64,000 nt of DNA from an archaeon (GCA_043810775.1 JBDRNU010000025.1:32001-96000); one strand, 5' to 3'. Shown: positions 47,652 through 55,993, counted from the first letter of the stretch. Numbers and translations are program-made. Notes: a model not told the origin generated them from the letters alone.

Positions 47652-47724
47652 TGCTCCTGCCGGGATTCGAACCCGGATTTCAAGCGCGAGAGGCTCGCGT
47701 CCTTAGCCGTTAGACTACAGGAGC
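47652..47724 (-). tRNA. tRNA-Glu(CTC)
   Basis: GCTCCTG...CGAGC-CTCTCGC-GCTTG...GGTTCGAATCCCGGCAGGAGCA cloverleaf; no encoded CCA and no intron. Confidence 0.95.
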
Positions 47725-47756
47725 TTTCTAAAATATAGAAAAAATGGTTTTTAAAA

Positions 47757-48011
47757 TTATGCTACTAAAAATACTTTGTCATTTGGGCGCACTTTATCAG
47801 GGACTTTTATTCCAATGTGGTCTCCTTTTTTTGCTTTTTGCACGTCTTTTCTTTCAATTTGCATGCTGTCTACTCCAATTTCAAAGTCAGTTGTATTTCC
47901 CTTGATATGGACTTTATCCCCTACTTTTAAGCCCGCCTTAAGCTTTATTGCAGCTACGCCTACATGACTAAAGTATGTTGAAATTTCTCCAATTTCTTTT
48001 TCTTTTGCCAT
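47757..48011 (-). CDS. Small EF-Tu-domain-II-like beta-barrel protein ('translation elongation factor-like')
   Basis: YFSHVGVAAIKL..LKVGDKVHIKG..VDSMQIE..A.KGD.IGIKV..KVRPND. Confidence 0.75.
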   Translation of the reverse strand: MAKEKEIGEISTYFSHVGVAAIKLKAGLKVGDKVHIKGNTTDFEIGVDSMQIERKDVQKAKKGDHIGIKVPDKVRPNDKVFLVA

Positions 48012-48137
48012 ATTTTATTAAAGAATAAGGTATATTTAAGCTTAGCGTACTAAGAAGTTTATTATTTCTTTAATTTATGTTACTAAGAAGTAGTTACAAT
48101 TAGGAAGGTTTATATACTCTTAAAACTGCTAAATTTT

Positions 48138-49181
48138 ATGGTAAATATAGAGGATATAAAGGATGTTTTAAGAGGGGAATTAGGCGAAGATATAGAGATA
48201 ACTGGATTTCAAAAAATAGGAGAAGGATATCATTCAGACGGATTTAAAATTTCTACAAATAAAGGAGAATTTTTTCTTAAAAAAGTAAAATCAGAAGACC
48301 TTGGTTTTGAGCTTCCAGAAAGAAAGATTTACTCTTTATTAGTAAGTGATGGAATGCAAAAAAGAGCAAAATCTAGTCCCAAGGCTGTAGGAGTTTTTAT
48401 TTCTAATAATGGAAAAATTTCAAAGATTCCTAGAATAGACAATCAAACAGAAATTTTTCATATTCAAGAATTTGGCGGGAATGGAAAAAACTATTGGGAT
48501 ATTTTACAAGAAAAAAAATACAAAAAACAAATAGATAAAAAAGATATTGAAGAAATTGAAAAACTTACTGATTTTATTAGTAAAATACATTTAATAAAAT
48601 ACCCTTCTAATGATAAAAAAAAGCTTAATGCAGTTTATAATGACTGTTTAAGAAATACCATAATCAATCCTGAATTAACTATGGTCTTACTGCAAGATTT
48701 TCCAAATGATCATGTTGTTTTTCCTCTTGAAGCTCAGAAAAAATATCTTGCTTTAATGTATGATTTAATTACCAGATTTAAAGACAGATCAGAAAGGTTG
48801 AATGCTCTTCATGGGGATTTTTGGGGGAGTAACTGTATTTTTAATGAGCAGGGAGAGTTATGGGTAATTGATTATTCTAGAATGCCTTGGGGAGATCCGG
48901 GAATTGATATTGGATGGTTTATTTGCCAGTATTTATGGCTTTATCATGAAACTAAGAATGATTATTTTAAAGAGTTGGGAGAATTATTTTTAAAAAAGTA
49001 TGAAGAAAAAACAGAAGATAAGCAAATAAGAGAAGGAATAAGCTTAATAGTTGGTTTTCAGGGAATTGTTTATCTTTTTCCTAAATTTTATCCAGATAGA
49101 GATAAAAAAACAAGTGAAAGATTTTTGCAAAATATAATTGATATCATGAAAGAGGGGAGGTTCAAATGGAATCAAATTTAA
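48138..49181 (+). CDS. APH/choline-kinase-like small-molecule phosphotransferase
   Basis: KIGEGYHS glycine loop, FFLKK, LHGDFWGSN (Brenner motif), VIDYS and GDPGIDIG. Confidence 0.85.
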   Translation: MVNIEDIKDVLRGELGEDIEITGFQKIGEGYHSDGFKISTNKGEFFLKKVKSEDLGFELPERKIYSLLVSDGMQKRAKSSPKAVGVFISNNGKISKIPRIDNQTEIFHIQEFGGNGKNYWDILQEKKYKKQIDKKDIEEIEKLTDFISKIHLIKYPSNDKKKLNAVYNDCLRNTIINPELTMVLLQDFPNDHVVFPLEAQKKYLALMYDLITRFKDRSERLNALHGDFWGSNCIFNEQGELWVIDYSRMPWGDPGIDIGWFICQYLWLYHETKNDYFKELGELFLKKYEEKTEDKQIREGISLIVGFQGIVYLFPKFYPDRDKKTSERFLQNIIDIMKEGRFKWNQI

Positions 49182-49867
49182 AGTTAGAAGAGGCTGATGG
49201 TGTTTTAGTTAGGCATGGGGAGGCTAAATATGAGCAGGGAATTGTAAGTAGCTTAGGATTAGCTTATGACTTGACTTTTAATGGTTCTATAAAAGTGATG
49301 TTAGAGGCATATAACTTTTATAAAAGATTAGGAGAAGCAAAAAAGCCCTTTAAAGTATTTTATTCAGATTATGGGAGGACTGCAGAAACTGCCAGAATAT
49401 GGAGAGACACTGCCAGAATTGAAGGTAAAGTACCTATTGGAGAAATGTTTTCTAGAAAAGGATTAAGAGAGGTTGAGAATTTTGATTTAGCTTTGACTTT
49501 AGCTTTGGTTAATGGAGGGGAATATGTCTTAAATGGAAAGAAGGTTATGATTAATAAGGAAAAAACTAATCCTTTTGATTTAGATATTGGAGATTTTTGG
49601 ATTTCTGGAGCTTATTTAAGACTTCCAGATGACTTGCCTGAAGCAATTATTGGGAAGATGAGAATTTTGGAAAGTTATGAAGCAGTTAATACTAGATTTA
49701 ATAGAGAGATTCAAGAATTAAGAGGACTATCTAAAGATTCAAGAGTTATTGTAGTAACTCATTTAGGTTTAATTGATAAATTAGCAAAAAAAGCAGGAAT
49801 TTCTGAAACTTTGGGCTCTGGAGATTATTTACCATTTAAATGGGGAGAAAGGGATTTAATTGTTTAA
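49166..49867 (+). CDS. Histidine phosphatase superfamily protein
   Basis: VLVRHGE, YSDYGRTAETA, LRE and IVVTHLG; overlaps the kinase gene. Confidence 0.8.
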   Translation: MESNLKLEEADGVLVRHGEAKYEQGIVSSLGLAYDLTFNGSIKVMLEAYNFYKRLGEAKKPFKVFYSDYGRTAETARIWRDTARIEGKVPIGEMFSRKGLREVENFDLALTLALVNGGEYVLNGKKVMINKEKTNPFDLDIGDFWISGAYLRLPDDLPEAIIGKMRILESYEAVNTRFNREIQELRGLSKDSRVIVVTHLGLIDKLAKKAGISETLGSGDYLPFKWGERDLIV

Positions 49868-49868
49868 G

Positions 49869-49999
49869 AATAGCCCTGCAAGGCACTCAACAATTTTCTG
49901 ATAAAATTCTTGGTGATTTTAACTCTTACGAATTAAAGTATTCGAACCTGGGAATCCAGGTTTAATGATGCCTACGGCATCATAAATAGCCCCGCCAGG
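49869..49999 (-). repeat. tRNA-Gln 3'-end copies with hairpins (att-like scar)
   Basis: 49982-49999 matches 53553-53570 at 17/18; 49940-49952 equals 53571-53583 (13/13); 49869-49883 matches 53556-53570 at 12/15; hairpin ATGATGCC-TAC-GGCATCAT at 49965-49983. Confidence 0.75.
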
Positions 50000-50129
50000 G
50001 TCCTGTACCATCGTGACCATTTCTTGGGATGTTATTTATCAATGTTTCGGCAGTATGATGTCTTGAATCTGGCTTTATTTATAAATCTTGTCGAGAAGGA
50101 GTATATGGATAGATTTATTTCTTAGGATA

Positions 50130-50846
50130 TTAATGCCAAATTTTGTTGAAAAACTCTCTGAACATTTTTGAAATTTGTTCTGATACTATTAAATAACCTA
50201 CTGGCTTTTCCTCCCACGAAAAGATTGCCACTTTGTTATTATGTACACTTATATTTGAAGGTATTGGGTAATCAGTAAATTTCATCTTAAGATGCTTTCT
50301 ATCTTTAAATAGTCCTTTAAGCTCTTTTGGCGCTAACCCCTTTACAATTAGTCCCTTAGCTTTTCTTTTTGAATCATACATTTGAAAAAAATCTTGGATT
50401 TCTTTATTTTTCTCATTTACATTTACAGTGAAGAATATGTACTCATCATTTTTTTTAGTATCTTCTATGAGGAGATTTAAAAGAGCCATTATTCCTTTTG
50501 TTCCTTCAAATATTTCTGCTTCCTGCTTTTCTTTTGAAGTTCTTTGCTTAGATTCAAGCTCTGGTAGGATGTTAATTAATCTCTGTTTTTTGTCATCTAA
50601 GAAGGATACAAGCTGTTTTGGTGAAATTGCTTCATAATATTTGATTTTTCCTTTTTTTACATATGAAACAAGACCTTTTTCAATTAGTGAATTCAATGAA
50701 TTATGTACAGCAGAACTTGCCATGCTTGATTTTTCAATTAAGGCTCCTACTTTACATTCCCCAATACTTAGCAAGGAAAGATAAACTTTTACTTCTCCTT
50801 TACTTAAACCTAATTCTTCAAGTATTGATGTATTCATGGACTGCAT
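50130..50846 (-). CDS. TrmB-family transcriptional regulator
   Basis: LEELGLSKGEVKVYLSLL, LNSLIEKGLVS, EIFEGTKG and C-terminal F..IW; start at 50846 or 50837. Confidence 0.85.
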   Translation of the reverse strand: MQSMNTSILEELGLSKGEVKVYLSLLSIGECKVGALIEKSSMASSAVHNSLNSLIEKGLVSYVKKGKIKYYEAISPKQLVSFLDDKKQRLINILPELESKQRTSKEKQEAEIFEGTKGIMALLNLLIEDTKKNDEYIFFTVNVNEKNKEIQDFFQMYDSKRKAKGLIVKGLAPKELKGLFKDRKHLKMKFTDYPIPSNISVHNNKVAIFSWEEKPVGYLIVSEQISKMFREFFNKIWH

Positions 50847-50873
50847 AATATTAAAGTGTTTATAAATCTTACT

Positions 50874-50899
50874 ATAACTCTCCAATTTTAGAGAGTTAT
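50874..50899. promoter_or_regulatory. Inverted repeat in the divergent promoter, candidate TrmB operator
   Basis: ATAACTCTC-N8-GAGAGTTAT. Confidence 0.55.
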
Positions 50900-50955
50900 C
50901 AATTAAATATAGAATTTTCTTGAGTTTATTAACTAAATATTATGGAGGAAATAAA

Positions 50956-51333
50956 ATGAAAGATGGATGGACAGAACGTGTAAGAAAAGAAGCTCTGAGA
51001 AACAGAGATAGTCTAGAAAGGACTTTTGAAGATGGCACCAAGAAATATACCTTTAGCTTTGCTGATATAGATGCCCATTCTTATGGACCATGCATGCCTG
51101 ATTATAACTTAGTTGCAGATATAAAGATAGCAGATGAAGCTACATGTAAAATTGAGCGTTTATGGAATCAAGCTCTTGGAAGTGGAGTTAAGCCACAAGC
51201 AAGAGAGTCAGTTCCATTTGGGCAGGAGTATTTTGATGGTGTAAAGCCAATCTTATCCAAAATTGTTGAAAGGGAGCTTAGAAGGAACAATGAAGAGTTA
51301 GTTGAAGCTATTGAGAGAATTAGACGAATCTAG
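50956..51333 (+). CDS. Hypothetical protein
   Basis: GGAGG SD before ATG at 50956. Confidence 0.55.
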   Translation: MKDGWTERVRKEALRNRDSLERTFEDGTKKYTFSFADIDAHSYGPCMPDYNLVADIKIADEATCKIERLWNQALGSGVKPQARESVPFGQEYFDGVKPILSKIVERELRRNNEELVEAIERIRRI

Positions 51334-51358
51334 AAATAAATTTAATCTCTTTTCAAAA

Positions 51359-51787
51359 ATGAAAGACAAAATAAAGAAAATAGCAGAAAAAGCTAAAGAA
51401 TTGCTTTATTGGGATTTATTTTATACAATAGGATACAGCAGTTCAGCTGGACTAGCAAATGGATTAGCTAATTCAAGGGGGGATGAAGATTTTAGTGAAG
51501 GATTTGGTCAAGCCTACTGTAACAATTTCCCATTAGGAATTGCCATGAATCTGGCTTATCCATTAGTATTTAATCAGCTTAAAAAAACAAAGCATTATAG
51601 ATTATATTCTAATTTATTTACGATAGCTGTAAATACTGGATTTTTAGCTTGGCACCATTATGCTGGAACAGAGCATCCTATTGAAGCAATGGGTCTTAAT
51701 ACTGCTATTGGACTAGCTATGGCTAATAGAAATGTTTCTGAAACTAAGAATCTTGAAACTGAAGTTGTTGAAGATTTCAGAGATTAA
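51359..51787 (+). CDS. Hypothetical membrane-associated protein
   Basis: Gly/Ala-rich, mildly hydrophobic helices; probable ATG at 51359. Confidence 0.5.
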   Translation: MKDKIKKIAEKAKELLYWDLFYTIGYSSSAGLANGLANSRGDEDFSEGFGQAYCNNFPLGIAMNLAYPLVFNQLKKTKHYRLYSNLFTIAVNTGFLAWHHYAGTEHPIEAMGLNTAIGLAMANRNVSETKNLETEVVEDFRD

Positions 51788-51838
51788 TTTTCCTTATACA
51801 TCCACATCAGCAACTCCGCCGCCCAAATCCCCTCAAAT

Positions 51839-51864
51839 AACAATTTTGTAAGAAAAATTAAGAT
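51839..51864. repeat. 26-bp direct repeat, copy 1
   Basis: AACAATTTTGTAAGAAAAATTAAGAT, identical to 52947-52972; contains the HEPN stop codon. Confidence 0.85.
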
Positions 51865-52337
51865 GACATAATCTCTATTTGTTTTCTGATATTCAAAATA
51901 TCCTTTTCATTAATCATTGATAAAACATCTTTGGATTTATTTAAGAAACTTTGTGCTTTGGAAAAAATAAACTCCATATCTTCTTTTGCAATAATTTTAT
52001 CAACATAATACTGAGAGGTGTTTCTTATATCAAAAGCCTTACTTATAATTTTGTAATCTTCCTTTGAATAAAATTCCATTAAGAGCTTCTTCATAATTTC
52101 AAGAGTGCATGCATGAATTTCACACTTAATTCCTATCTTCATCAAAACTGAATAAAGCGAATAATACATAGAATAATAACAGGCAGATATTGCAAATTGG
52201 TTGTTTAATGTTTTTTCACGATTCATAGTCCCAATCGCATTTTCAGCCATCTGAATATATCCTTTAGAAAGATTGTGATTTGACTCAATTAGCTTAATTC
52301 CCTCTTTCTTATTACAACACCATTTTAAACTTACCAT
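51858..52337 (-). CDS. HEPN-domain protein
   Basis: ACYYSMYYSLYSVL..IGIKCEIH and IRNTSQYY. Confidence 0.85.
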   Translation of the reverse strand: MVSLKWCCNKKEGIKLIESNHNLSKGYIQMAENAIGTMNREKTLNNQFAISACYYSMYYSLYSVLMKIGIKCEIHACTLEIMKKLLMEFYSKEDYKIISKAFDIRNTSQYYVDKIIAKEDMEFIFSKAQSFLNKSKDVLSMINEKDILNIRKQIEIMSS

Positions 52338-52888
52338 ATTAAATCAATAAATTCTTCAACTCCTTTTAAGACTATATGATTTTTCATGACTTCTTTTATA
52401 AAAATGTCTTCTTTATTAAATTTATCCTTACCTGATTTAACGAGATTTATTTTTATTCCATATTTTTCATCTAAATCCTCTAATTCTTTAATTTTTCCTA
52501 TTAAAAAAACATCTAAATCTGATTTTTCATTGCTTGTAAAATTAGCATAACTTCCGAAAATAACAAGCATTCCAGAAGCTCTTTTTTCAAGTTCAATAAG
52601 CAATTCTTTAATCTTTGCATATCTTTTAATAAAATCATTTTTTCTTCCAATTTCTATAATTTTAAGTATATCTTGAATTTGTGGATCTAGTCTATTTAGA
52701 AAATAGTATTTATTTTTCCCCTCTGTAGAATATTTAAGGATATTCTGTTTTTCAAGAGAATTAAGTATATTTGAAACAGTTTTCTGGTTCATTTTTAGCT
52801 TTTTTGCAACTTGTCCACCATAAATCCTTTTAGAATAATCAGAGCTAAATTCTGCTAATATTTTGAATGCATTATCATTAAGTAACAT
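52331..52888 (-). CDS. HTH + minimal nucleotidyltransferase (MNT antitoxin)
   Basis: wHTH followed by IFGSYA....KSDLDV. Confidence 0.87.
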   Translation of the reverse strand: MLLNDNAFKILAEFSSDYSKRIYGGQVAKKLKMNQKTVSNILNSLEKQNILKYSTEGKNKYYFLNRLDPQIQDILKIIEIGRKNDFIKRYAKIKELLIELEKRASGMLVIFGSYANFTSNEKSDLDVFLIGKIKELEDLDEKYGIKINLVKSGKDKFNKEDIFIKEVMKNHIVLKGVEEFIDLIW

Positions 52889-52907
52889 ATTACTTATGTA
52901 AGTAATA
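52888..52907. promoter_or_regulatory. Palindromic operator at the MNT start
   Basis: TATTACTTA-TG-TAAGTAATA, with a third half-site TAAGTAA at 52879-52885. Confidence 0.6.
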
Positions 52908-52946
52908 AGGTATTTAAATCTTCCTGTTTTCTAAATTTTTGCAAAG

Positions 52947-52972
52947 AACAATTTTGTAAGAAAAATTAAGAT
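52947..52972. repeat. 26-bp direct repeat, copy 2
   Basis: Identical to 51839-51864; lies 10 bp downstream of the RelE stop. Confidence 0.85.
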
Positions 52973-52982
52973 CTTTTTTCTT

Positions 52983-53237
52983 TTAATCATTATAAACTTT
53001 CTTTCTGTGATCAAACTTCAAAAGAATAAGTTCATCTTCTTTTAATGTATAAATTAATCTAAATGGTTTAATATAAAGCGACCTTTCTCCTCTTTTATAT
53101 TTTAGTGGCTTCCCAACTTCGGGATTTTCAATTATCTTTTGTATTTGTTTTTTAATTTTTTCAAGAAGAAAGGAATCCAATTTTTTAGTATTTTTAATAA
53201 ATTTTGGAGATCTTGTAACTTTTTGAATAGTCACCAT
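52983..53237 (-). CDS. RelE/ParE-family toxin
   Basis: IIENPEVGKPL...RSLYIKPFRLIY...FDHRKKVY. Confidence 0.88.
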   Translation of the reverse strand: MVTIQKVTRSPKFIKNTKKLDSFLLEKIKKQIQKIIENPEVGKPLKYKRGERSLYIKPFRLIYTLKEDELILLKFDHRKKVYND

Positions 53238-53482
53238 TTTTTCATTTCATCTAAAAAATCTTCAACCTTTTGAGTAGTACCCTTACCTTCATCAATGTCT
53301 TTCCATATTTTATCAAGCTCTTTCATTTCTTTCATCTCTTTTTCTGTAAGTCCTTCTACTTTTTTTAATATTATTAAATCATTTTGTTTTGAAACAATAA
53401 ATGCTGTACCTTCTGCCAATCCTTTTCTTATTCCTTCTGGAATAACTACTTGTCCTTTTGTGCTTATTTTTGTTATTTCCAT
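53231..53482 (-). CDS. AbrB/MazE/SpoVT-family antitoxin
   Basis: TKISTKGQVVIPEGIRK; operator palindrome GTAAGAT-A-ATCTTAC at 53486-53500. Confidence 0.88.
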   Translation of the reverse strand: MEITKISTKGQVVIPEGIRKGLAEGTAFIVSKQNDLIILKKVEGLTEKEMKEMKELDKIWKDIDEGKGTTQKVEDFLDEMKKW

Positions 53483-53557
53483 GTTGTAAGATAATCTTAC
53501 TTATTTATAAATGTTTCTGTTTTAGAAAATACTCTGCGAAAATGCCATAATGATAAA

Positions 53558-53630
53558 TAGCCCCACCAGGATTCGAACCTGGGTCACAACCTCCAGAGGG
53601 TCGTATCTTTGACCACTAGACTATGGGGCT
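53558..53630 (-). tRNA. tRNA-Gln(CTG)
   Basis: AGCCCCA...CGACC-CTCTGGA-GGTTG...GGTTCGAATCCTGGTGGGGCTA; A1-U72 pair typical of archaeal tRNA-Gln. Confidence 0.95.
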
Positions 53631-53706
53631 TCAAGAGGGATTTTCCTAGATATACTAGCATGAAAAAAGTATTTAAATATTAGGTTCTTATAAAATATAG
53701 GAAAAG

Positions 53707-54033
53707 ATGGGATTATTATTTTGGCTTGTTGGAATAGGATTAATCTTAGTTATATTCATGTTCTTGAAAGCTAAGGATATGAGGCATAAGATATATGCTA
53801 TTACTATAGTTTTATTGATATTATTTTTTTATATAAGTGCTAGCAAGATTTTTACAGCAAGTCCGGTTGATGTTAAGAGTTTTGATGGGGTGGTGCAAGG
53901 TGGAAAGCTGTATTTTTCTTGGTTAGGGCATGCTTTTTCAATTGCAAAAGATATAACTGGGAAGGTTGTAAGTGCTGATTGGTCAGGCAATTCTACGAAA
54001 ATTGATGATAAAGATACTAAAAAATCAAAATGA
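53707..54033 (+). CDS. Small membrane protein
   Basis: Two TM helices; GKLYFSWLG motif similar to the next gene. Confidence 0.6.
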   Translation: MGLLFWLVGIGLILVIFMFLKAKDMRHKIYAITIVLLILFFYISASKIFTASPVDVKSFDGVVQGGKLYFSWLGHAFSIAKDITGKVVSADWSGNSTKIDDKDTKKSK

Positions 54034-54239
54034 AAATTATAATGTTTATAGTAATGTTCTTGATTATAGGAGGATTATTTATTATTTCTGAAAATAGACT
54101 GGCTTTAAGGAACCCAGAAAACTTTACTAAGTTTGGAGGCCTTTATTTTGATTGGATGGGTGGTGTTTTTAACAATGGAATTGAGGCTACAGGATATGTT
54201 GTAAAAATGGATTGGCTACCTGATGAAACTGGCAGTTAA
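54030..54239 (+). CDS. Small membrane protein
   Basis: One TM helix; GGLYFDWMG...TGYVVKMDWLP; ATGA overlap. Confidence 0.6.
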   Translation: MKIIMFIVMFLIIGGLFIISENRLALRNPENFTKFGGLYFDWMGGVFNNGIEATGYVVKMDWLPDETGS

Positions 54240-54292
54240 GTTTTTATATTAATTTTCTTGTTTAATTCTGTTAAAATTCAGTAAATTTTAAA

Positions 54293-54366
54293 GCCTCGAT
54301 AGCTCAGTTGGTTAGAGCGCATGCTTGGTAAGCATGAGGTCCCGAGTTCAACTCTCGGTCGAGGCT
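54293..54366 (+). tRNA. tRNA-Thr(GGT)
   Basis: GCCTCGA...CATGC-TTGGTAA-GCATG...GTTCAACTCTCGG-TCGAGGC-T. Confidence 0.95.
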
Positions 54367-55991
54367 TAAAAAATCTCATCAAGCCCCATTTCAAGAGCTG
54401 CAACTGGCATTTTAAGGTGAGAGTTTTTAAGAACTGTTGGGGAGATTTCACCCATAATTCCAATAGTCTTTCCGTTAAATATTATACTTCCAGTTCTTCC
54501 AGTAATAAATGACTGGTTTTCTGTTTCTTGGACTTCAAATTTAGTGTCAAGCATATTTCCCAAATAATCTAGAATTCTTTTAATTTCAGTAAAATTTGAA
54601 GGAATCAGCGCAATTGAAATCTTATTTTTCTCGATAATTCCTGTTTCTTGCTTTTGGTCTAGACTGAAAACTTTTCCGATTTCAAATATTTTTTGAGGGT
54701 ATTCAGCATCAACGTTTTCTGAAAGTACCTTAAGTGCTAGATGAAGCAAGTTTTGCCTTAGAATATTATAATCTGTTTTTGAACTTTCAACTTCTATAAT
54801 ATCCTGAGCTTTTTGCACCATTTTTTTAAACTGGTCTTCTTTTTTAGTTAGATGGTAAGTTGAAATCTCAATAAGTCCAAGTCCAGTAAGTATGTCTGAA
54901 ATCTTTCTTTTCATTATTTCTTTAGGGTCTTCTTGGCCAATTGTTGCAATTTCTGGAATTTCTGGCTGGAATTTTTCAAATCCATAACCTATTGCAATAT
55001 CTTCGTAGATATCTACAGGATGCAAGATATCAACTCTCCATGCAGGTATTTGCACTATTGAGTTTTTGTAGTCATATCCCATTTTATCAAGACTTTCTTT
55101 AACTTTTTTTTCATTAAGTTCTATACCTAATAGTTTTTCAGCATCTTTAATATTTATTTTAACTTTTTCAGGAGTAAGGTCTGGAGTTTTTTCTGGTTGT
55201 TTGTATTGAAGATTCATCTGGTATATTGAACCACCCATATCTGCCATCATAGTTACTATTATATTTAGCGTTTTTTTCAAGGAGTCTAGGTTAAATCCTG
55301 AGCATTCAATAAACACATCTCTTGTGTTTTCAGTGATTTTTCCTGTATTTTGCGAGTTTATTATTGGAGGCATGCTTAGTATTTTTCCTGCAGAGTCTAC
55401 AAATACAGGATACTTGTCATATCCTCTTAAAAGGTGAGCATAATCTCTGCCTGTAGATGTTTTAGTAAGTATTTGAGGAGCTGTCATTTCTTTGGTTTCT
55501 TCTAATGGTATAAATTTAATTTCTTCTGGTTTCATAGCCAGGAATTTAATTGGAAGTTTAATTTTCTCAAGAGGATATATCCCTATAGCTATTTTTTTCC
55601 TATTTCTTCCAAATGTGGTATGTATTTTTTCCTGCACATCGACAATTTCCTTGATTTTTTCATTATCAAACTTTATTCCTTTCACTATTGCACATGCTGT
55701 AAATGGACGTATTTTTTCCAGATTTTTGTCAATAACTACTTCAAAGTCTTTTTGTGGAGGATTAATCTTATAGTTTCTCAGTCCTTTTTCTTTTCCTAAG
55801 AAAGCTTTTAGTGCACGAATATAACCTTGAAATGAGAGTAAATCTGGTCTATTTGGGAAAATTTCAAGTTCAATTTCATTATCATTAAGATTTTCCAGGG
55901 GAGTGCCTAGGTAAGGTATTTTTTCCTGCACATCGCTAGATAGCTTTATATGCTTTTCAAATTCTTTTCGTGAAAATTTTACATTTGCGAT
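54366..55991 (-). CDS. pheT: Phenylalanyl-tRNA synthetase beta subunit (probable non-ATG start at 55991; track start GTG 55931)
   Basis: PNRPDLLS, IRPF, QEKIH..GRNRKK.AIG, SMPPIINS and RVDILHPVDIYEDIAIGYG. Confidence 0.95.
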   Translation of the reverse strand: MANVKFSRKEFEKHIKLSSDVQEKIPYLGTPLENLNDNEIELEIFPNRPDLLSFQGYIRALKAFLGKEKGLRNYKINPPQKDFEVVIDKNLEKIRPFTACAIVKGIKFDNEKIKEIVDVQEKIHTTFGRNRKKIAIGIYPLEKIKLPIKFLAMKPEEIKFIPLEETKEMTAPQILTKTSTGRDYAHLLRGYDKYPVFVDSAGKILSMPPIINSQNTGKITENTRDVFIECSGFNLDSLKKTLNIIVTMMADMGGSIYQMNLQYKQPEKTPDLTPEKVKINIKDAEKLLGIELNEKKVKESLDKMGYDYKNSIVQIPAWRVDILHPVDIYEDIAIGYGFEKFQPEIPEIATIGQEDPKEIMKRKISDILTGLGLIEISTYHLTKKEDQFKKMVQKAQDIIEVESSKTDYNILRQNLLHLALKVLSENVDAEYPQKIFEIGKVFSLDQKQETGIIEKNKISIALIPSNFTEIKRILDYLGNMLDTKFEVQETENQSFITGRTGSIIFNGKTIGIMGEISPTVLKNSHLKMPVAALEMGLDEIF

Positions 55992-55993
55992 TT

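Larger units (their letters stand above)
49982..53570. mobile_element. ~3.6-kb genomic island at the tRNA-Gln 3' end (two TA pairs, TrmB regulator, two hypotheticals; no integrase)
   Basis: Bounded by an 18-bp direct repeat containing the tRNA 3' end; accessory-type gene content. Confidence 0.6.

Noticed and set aside
54278-54512. Short ORFs over tRNA-Thr
   Set aside because: They overlap the tRNA and the pheT 3' end; spurious.
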